NCBI GenBank assembly: GCA_963718405.1
Contig: CAVQYZ010000004.1
Span: 66,798 to 130,797, forward strand
DNA: 64,000 bases
Origin: an uncultured Acidimicrobiaceae bacterium
GTDB taxonomy: Bacteria; Actinomycetota; Acidimicrobiia; Acidimicrobiales; RAAP-2
Reading direction: 5' to 3'
Shown here: positions 59,102 through 64,000 of the stretch, one piece after another
How the letters are laid out: every line of letters begins with the position of its first letter
Numbering within the stretch: position 1 is the first letter of the stretch
The notes under the pieces: model-generated
What the model was told of the DNA's origin: nothing
Databases searched by the model: none
Seen by the model: the letters and a program-made list of their open reading frames with translations, nothing else
Program-made: the position numbers and the translations under genes

Positions 59102-62100
59102 TCAAGCCTTGGACGAGCATCCACAGATCCGGTACTGGTACGGGAAGGCCGCGACATCACTGGCGTTGGGTGAGATCCCCGGTTGGGAATTCTGGGTGAC
59201 ATTTGCATCGGAGGGCGAAAAGTCGTCGATATAGAGGGTTCCGCTCACCGTGCCCCCGACCGGGCCGGACGGCGTAATCGTGACTGGAAGGTAGACCGTC
59301 TGACCTGGCTCGACGACTACAGCGTTGAACGGTGCAGTTAGGTCGGTGCTGGCCAGCCACAGGTCGCCGGTCTTCGCTGAGACGGCCGGGTCGAATGCGG
59401 CGGTGGTCGCGGATAGAGAGGTCGAAGCCTTTACGGGCGGCACGCCTTTCACCCCGTCGGGACCGTTTTGGAACGGGGTGATGATCCAGTCGCCAGGTGC
59501 CACAAATGCCGAGCTGAATGACCCGCTGGCCGAGTCGCTGAAGGGTGGAGAAGAGGAGATCAGGTCGGGGTCTCCGAACGCCCAGGAGTAGTCGAAGAAG
59601 ATGGGCCGTTTCGCCGATGCTGTAGCAGTGATCGAGGTCGTGTGGCTCGGGACCAGGTACTGGGGGACCGTGGTCGAAGGCACCGGGACGGTCACCGTTG
59701 ATCCCGTCGAACTGGCCAGGTTCAGCTGAACCGACTGGTCGAGTCGTGCATCGACGAAGTACGCCTCGGGGGTGGTGCCCGGGTTCGTCAGCCGCAGGTT
59801 GACCGTCTGTGCCTTCCCGTTGGCCAGGGCCGTGGACGGGGAGTCCGGTAGGCCCCAAGCGCTGTCCGGTGCCGGGGTCCGGTCCAGGGTGACGGTGAAT
59901 GGCTGCGTGAGCGCGGTTCCGGCCACTTGGTTGTAAAAGTTGATAACCAAGGTCCAGAGCCCCGGATCCGGGTTCAGGACGTGGAGCTGGGTCCCGAGTT
60001 GGGGAACGAGGGCCGTCCCTTTCGCCGCCCTTGTCGCCAGCATGTTGCTGGCTGTCGATGCCGCTTCTCCGGTGACCGGGTCGACCAGCTCGGCCAGAAA
60101 GGTGTTCGTGGCGTTGGGCGTGGTGATCTCGGCATTGAGCACTGGGGTCCCGGCTGGGATCGACACCTCGTAATAGGCGGTCTGGCCAGAGTTGAATTGT
60201 CGCCCGTTACCCCCGGTCAGGGTCCCGGTGAAGGTTGAGGACGGGCTCGGGGTAGGCACCAGCGTGCGGAGGGTGACGGGGACGGTGGTCATTGCGGCAA
60301 ATGACGGACCTTGGCGATCTCTGAGCACGATGGACCCGGACTCGTCCCCTGGTGTGTTCGGGGTGGTGACGTTCAAGGTGAACGACTTTGAACCGCCTGG
60401 TGGAAGAGTGAGCGATGACACGGAAAGACTTCCGAAACCTACCCAAGCTGCCGTGCGTGCCCCGAACTTGACCGGGCCCACGGTTCCCCCTTCGGAGGAC
60501 GGGTTACCGAAGATGAGGGCCGTCCAAGTACCGGCGGCGGGATCGGTGACCTGGGCATCGCTGTAATTGCCGGTACCTTGCGGACTGCTGGTCAAGGCCA
60601 ACTTTCCCGACGGTGAGAAGAGGCTGAGGTTGACGGCCGCGTCGAAGTCCGTGGAGGGTCCCGCCCCCTTGTAGGCGATCGACCCGTCGAGCCGGGCCTG
60701 GCCGGGTGGCTCGGTGAACTTCACCACACTGAAGTTGCCGGTGGCATCGGCCAGGGTGACCGTGGCGTCGCCCAGGGTCCGATACGCGCCGAGCGTCCGG
60801 CTCGACAAGCCGATGGTGGCTGTCCCGGCACCGTCGTTGCTCACGGTCTCGGTGAGCGTCTGGTCGCTCCCCGGCTGCCCGACGGCGTTCAGCTGGGTGG
60901 AGCTCTTCAAGATGGACGTCCCCCTGGATGGTGCGCTGGTGCCCGGATAGGAAGCGGCCGCCAGCACGGCCTGATAGGCGTCGAGGAGGCCCGCCCCCTG
61001 CTGTTCGGCCGGTGCAGCAATGTCTTCGGCGGTCGACACGATGATGCGCTTGACCACTGCGGGAGACGGCACCGAGCCGTGATGGGATTTGGCGTAAGCC
61101 TGTATGACCAGAGCAGCAACTCCGGCGGTCAAAGGGGACGACTCGCTGGTACCGCCGGTCAACTGGACCGGCGAGCCCTCGCCGGCGAAATTCGTGCAGT
61201 CCTGGTACTTCGCCGGATCGGCCGTGCACAGCGCCCAGTTGAGATCCCCGGGGGCAACGATATCGACGGTGTGTCCTGACTGGTCGAAGCCGCCCGAGCT
61301 GAGCCCGCTGATGTTGTTGTCGAGCCAGCCAGTCACCCCGGGAAGGGTGATTCCCCCCAGTCCTGACTGGGCGTAGGCCCTGTAGGTGGTCGAGGCACCG
61401 GCGGATATGACGGCTGGATCGGTGGCAGGGGATCCAATGGTGTTGGTGACCCCCGAATCACCACTGGAGACGGAGACGGTCACGCCTGCGGCCACCGCAG
61501 CCTCATTGGCCATGTCGGTGAGGTCGAGACTGGCACGGTCGGGAAACGGGTTGGACCCGAACGACTCGTTGATCACATTCACGTGGTCGACGTTCACCGC
61601 GTAGTTGATGGCTTCGAGGAAGACCGAGTTGAAGGCCACCTCCGCCGATCCGAAGACGTTCAACCCGACCAGGCTCGCCCCCGGGGCGACACCGAGGATC
61701 CGGATGTTGCACGGTTTGTCGAGCCCGACGGCATAGCTGGCGACGTTGTAGGTCTCACGACCCTGGGCTGCGATCGAACTCGCATCGAGGAAGGCCTCGC
61801 CACCATCCTGGACGGACCCGGTCCCGGTCCCACTGAAGTCCTGGTAGTCGGTGAACACATGTTGACCGTTGGCCCGGATGAAATCCGGATTGTCCGTGTC
61901 GATCCCGTCGGCGATGAAGGCAACCTTCACCCCTGCACCGGTATAGCCGAGAGCTTGGGCCGATTGGCCTGTCCCTGATTGGGTGGCGGCGTGGATGTCT
62001 TCGATCGCTTCGGGATTCAATTGCACTTTGCCGCCCGGTAGGCAAGCGCCCGGAAGAGGGGTGATACCGCTGGCCTGCGTCCGGGATGCGGCGGGGAGGG

Positions 62101-62518
62101 AGCTGGTCAGAGGAATGACCTCGTCGGGCACCACCTCTTTCACGGACGGATTGGCCGAGAGACGTTTCGCCTCTCCGGGCGAGACGGTGGCCGACAAGGC
62201 ATTGATGATCTGGAAGCTCTTGACCTGGCGGGCTCCGGTTTGGGCGAGCTCGTGCACGACACCGGCCTGAACCTGATTGACAGCCGCAGACCGGTCTGCG
62301 CCATTGCCAGGCAGGTCCGGGGTGGCTGGGAGCTGGTTCTTGAAGACCACGATGACCTTGTCCGACACATTGGTCGACAGGGCCTGAGCCTGGGCCGTGG
62401 TCAACGGCGCCTGTGCTCCGGTAACCTCGGCGGCCCCGGCCGCTCGAGGGACAGCGAGCCCTCCGGCGGCCACCGGCAGAAGCAGTGCGACAGTGGTTAG
62501 TACGAGCCGACGTTTCAT
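59102..62518 (-). CDS. giant secreted subtilase-fold peptidase (S8/S53); motifs favour a sedolisin-type Ser-Glu-Asp triad
   Basis: Signal MKRRLVLTTVALLLPVAAGGLAVPRAAGA. I9-like propeptide (VIVVFKN...INALSATV). VAFIADGIDTDNPDF, GGEAFLDASS (E-x3-D), INESFG, GGTSESSPLTAGVAAL. No HGTH motif. About 650 aa of C-terminal beta-rich domains. Confidence 0.8.
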   Translation of the reverse strand: MKRRLVLTTVALLLPVAAGGLAVPRAAGAAEVTGAQAPLTTAQAQALSTNVSDKVIVVFKNQLPATPDLPGNGADRSAAVNQVQAGVVHELAQTGARQVKSFQIINALSATVSPGEAKRLSANPSVKEVVPDEVIPLTSSLPAASRTQASGITPLPGACLPGGKVQLNPEAIEDIHAATQSGTGQSAQALGYTGAGVKVAFIADGIDTDNPDFIRANGQHVFTDYQDFSGTGTGSVQDGGEAFLDASSIAAQGRETYNVASYAVGLDKPCNIRILGVAPGASLVGLNVFGSAEVAFNSVFLEAINYAVNVDHVNVINESFGSNPFPDRASLDLTDMANEAAVAAGVTVSVSSGDSGVTNTIGSPATDPAVISAGASTTYRAYAQSGLGGITLPGVTGWLDNNISGLSSGGFDQSGHTVDIVAPGDLNWALCTADPAKYQDCTNFAGEGSPVQLTGGTSESSPLTAGVAALVIQAYAKSHHGSVPSPAVVKRIIVSTAEDIAAPAEQQGAGLLDAYQAVLAAASYPGTSAPSRGTSILKSSTQLNAVGQPGSDQTLTETVSNDGAGTATIGLSSRTLGAYRTLGDATVTLADATGNFSVVKFTEPPGQARLDGSIAYKGAGPSTDFDAAVNLSLFSPSGKLALTSSPQGTGNYSDAQVTDPAAGTWTALIFGNPSSEGGTVGPVKFGARTAAWVGFGSLSVSSLTLPPGGSKSFTLNVTTPNTPGDESGSIVLRDRQGPSFAAMTTVPVTLRTLVPTPSPSSTFTGTLTGGNGRQFNSGQTAYYEVSIPAGTPVLNAEITTPNATNTFLAELVDPVTGEAASTASNMLATRAAKGTALVPQLGTQLHVLNPDPGLWTLVINFYNQVAGTALTQPFTVTLDRTPAPDSAWGLPDSPSTALANGKAQTVNLRLTNPGTTPEAYFVDARLDQSVQLNLASSTGSTVTVPVPSTTVPQYLVPSHTTSITATASAKRPIFFDYSWAFGDPDLISSSPPFSDSASGSFSSAFVAPGDWIITPFQNGPDGVKGVPPVKASTSLSATTAAFDPAVSAKTGDLWLASTDLTAPFNAVVVEPGQTVYLPVTITPSGPVGGTVSGTLYIDDFSPSDANVTQNSQPGISPNASDVAAFPYQYRICGCSSKA

Positions 62519-62652
62519 CCCATTCCCCTTCCCCAGCGACCTCCGGGAGCCTAGGACCACAGCATCGGATCAACAAGTGTGTCCATGCACGGCTGCGAGG
62601 GGACCTGGTTGCGCCTCGTGCCCGATGCAGCAGACCCGGGGATCCTCGCCGT

Positions 62653-62673
62653 CCTCAGATTTGATGAGCTGAG
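62653..62673. repeat. degenerate CCTCAG-atttgatg-AGCTGAG hairpin
   Basis: Lies in the divergent intergenic region between the peptidase and phosphoesterase genes. Confidence 0.4.
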
Positions 62674-62817
62674 ACCCGTTCATCCTCAGGGGCACCTCCT
62701 TGACATCCTGGGCATAACAGATGACACTGCCGGGTGCTACCGCAATGGCAGCGGTGGGGAACTGAGCGGTCAGGCTGGTCCCGGGCGGATGGGTGGCCAG
62801 GACAAAGGGGGAACGGA

Positions 62818-64000
62818 ATGCCAAACGCGCCATCGATCCGCAGATTCACCGTGACCGGAGTGGCGCTGGCAGCAACGTGCCTGGTGATTGGCGGCAGTGT
62901 GTCGGCCGCATCAGCATCCAACCCGGCGCATAGCACGGCCGGTTTGCAGCGGAACGCCGGACCACTGCCCTCCGCCATCCCGAAATTGCCGGCCATTCGC
63001 CACGTGTTCGTCATCATGCTCGAGAACAATGGCTACTCGGCCACCTTCGGATCGCCGACCAAGGACCCGTATCTGGCCAAGACCCTGCCCAGCGAGGGTG
63101 CGTTGCTAAAGGACTACTACGCAATCGGTCATTTCTCCAACGACAACTATGCGGCATTCATCTCCGGCCAGCCGCCCAACTCGGCCAACCAACTTGACTG
63201 CCTTTCATCCGGATACGCCAACTTCCCGTCGGGAGATGGCCAGAAGAACGGGATCCAGCAGGGAGCCGGCTGTGTCTTCCCCGCTGCAGTGCCCACCCTC
63301 GCCAGTCAGCTGAGTGCGAAGGGGTTCACCTGGAAGGGTTACGAAGAGGACATGGGGAATGACCCGTCCCGCGACGGTGGTGTCACCTGTGGCCACCCGA
63401 CCCTGGGCACCAAAGACCCGACGACGGCAGCTGTGAAGGCCGATGGCTACACCACCCGGCACAACCCGTTCATGTACTTCCATTCGATCATCGACAATAC
63501 GACGACATGCAAAAAGGACGTGGTGCCGATGGGAGGCACGACGGGCACGATGCCGACAGGTACACCGAAGGGCGTGACCGGTCTGGTCACCGACCTCAAA
63601 TCGGTGGCGACGACTCCGAACTTCAGCTTCATCACCCCCAATCTCTGCGATGACGGACACGACTATCCCTGCAAGAACACGACCGGCGCCGGGCAGGGCG
63701 GTGGGTCGGCCGTGGGCGACATCAATAAATGGCTGAGCACCTGGGTACCAATCATCAAGGCCTCTCCCGCGTACAAGGAGAATGGCCTCATCGAGGTCAC
63801 ATTCGACGAAGCCGAGGAGCCGAAACTGGATGCCACCGCGTGCTGCGGCGAGACCAAGGGTCCTGCCGCGGACAGCGGAGGAAATGGCCAGAGCGGGCCG
63901 GGTGGCGGCGTCGTGGGTGCGGTCCTGCTCTCACCGTTCATCAAGGCGGGTACCGTGGTGACCAAGGAGTACAACCACTACTCCTCACTGGCGTCGATTG
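62818..64000 (+). CDS. secreted phosphoesterase-family protein (PLC / acid-phosphatase type), 3'-partial
   Basis: This ORF is not on the supplied track because it runs off the window. ATG at 62818 after GGGGGAA. Signal TVTGVALAATCLVIGGSVSAASA. HVFVIMLENNGY, RHNPFMYF, FITPNLCDDGHD. Open for 394 codons to the window end. Confidence 0.8.
   Translation, partial: MPNAPSIRRFTVTGVALAATCLVIGGSVSAASASNPAHSTAGLQRNAGPLPSAIPKLPAIRHVFVIMLENNGYSATFGSPTKDPYLAKTLPSEGALLKDYYAIGHFSNDNYAAFISGQPPNSANQLDCLSSGYANFPSGDGQKNGIQQGAGCVFPAAVPTLASQLSAKGFTWKGYEEDMGNDPSRDGGVTCGHPTLGTKDPTTAAVKADGYTTRHNPFMYFHSIIDNTTTCKKDVVPMGGTTGTMPTGTPKGVTGLVTDLKSVATTPNFSFITPNLCDDGHDYPCKNTTGAGQGGGSAVGDINKWLSTWVPIIKASPAYKENGLIEVTFDEAEEPKLDATACCGETKGPAADSGGNGQSGPGGGVVGAVLLSPFIKAGTVVTKEYNHYSSLASI

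Noticed and set aside
35459-62673. The recurring hairpin arm CCTCAGC equals the BbvCI-type restriction recognition sequence. I considered a link to a restriction-modification system.
   Set aside because: No methyltransferase/endonuclease pair of that type is present in the window. The motif occurs as paired inverted copies forming stems, which is better explained by RNA or DNA structure than by restriction-site biology.
1-64000. CRISPR arrays, rRNA genes, insertion sequences with terminal inverted repeats, a reverse transcriptase or DGR linked to the repeat proteins.
   Set aside because: I found no regularly spaced short direct repeats, no rRNA-like conserved stretches, and no transposase or reverse-transcriptase signatures in any frame. 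The only tandem repeats are the in-frame 126-nt coding units at 41810-42439.

Overview
High-GC, Actinomycetota-like chromosomal segment; the taxon is inferred from composition and gene content only. I saw no rRNA, no intact tRNA and no CRISPR array. All GC values are by-eye estimates.

Part A (1-37.6 kb, roughly 70% GC) carries accessory metabolism and stress genes:
- a Tat-lipoprotein ABC substrate-binding gene, a Nudix hydrolase, a YVTN propeller protein and a hybrid histidine kinase
- sulfotransferase, DUF1214, SGNH hydrolase and an SDR/TetR pair
- a compact light / photo-oxidative-stress supercluster at 13.3-22.4 kb. It holds photolyase, NAD-binding/DUF2867, SDR and SRPBCC genes on one strand and FAD-oxidoreductase, DUF1365 and CFA-synthase-like genes on the other. 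An HTH + B12-binding regulator and an AfsR-like STAND regulator sit next to it.
- redox enzymes (FMO-like, OsmC, BVMO, ABM), a PLD lipoprotein, and a DUF1611-racemase-ADH-SDR operon

Part B starts at a tyrosine integrase (38.36 kb) and is a lower-GC mosaic (roughly 45-65% GC). It contains:
- vapBC and an XRE + minimal nucleotidyltransferase pair
- two paralogous proteins built from 42-aa GYWLVAADGGVF repeats
- a heavily decayed giant secreted-protein gene
- a ~50% GC block (49.3-54.6 kb) of broken defence-type genes: a COR-like/DUF4365 remnant, a PIN-like gene, a flavodoxin-like gene and a GIY-YIG gene
- a structured non-coding patch with a tRNA-like 3' end
- DUF427, purE-purK, a sedolisin-like giant peptidase and a partial phosphoesterase gene

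Indel-type frame breaks are frequent and unevenly distributed. Genes with a single break are called CDS with a note. Genes with two or more breaks are called pseudogene. Many long ORFs on the supplied track are antisense shadows typical of high-GC DNA and are not reported as genes.
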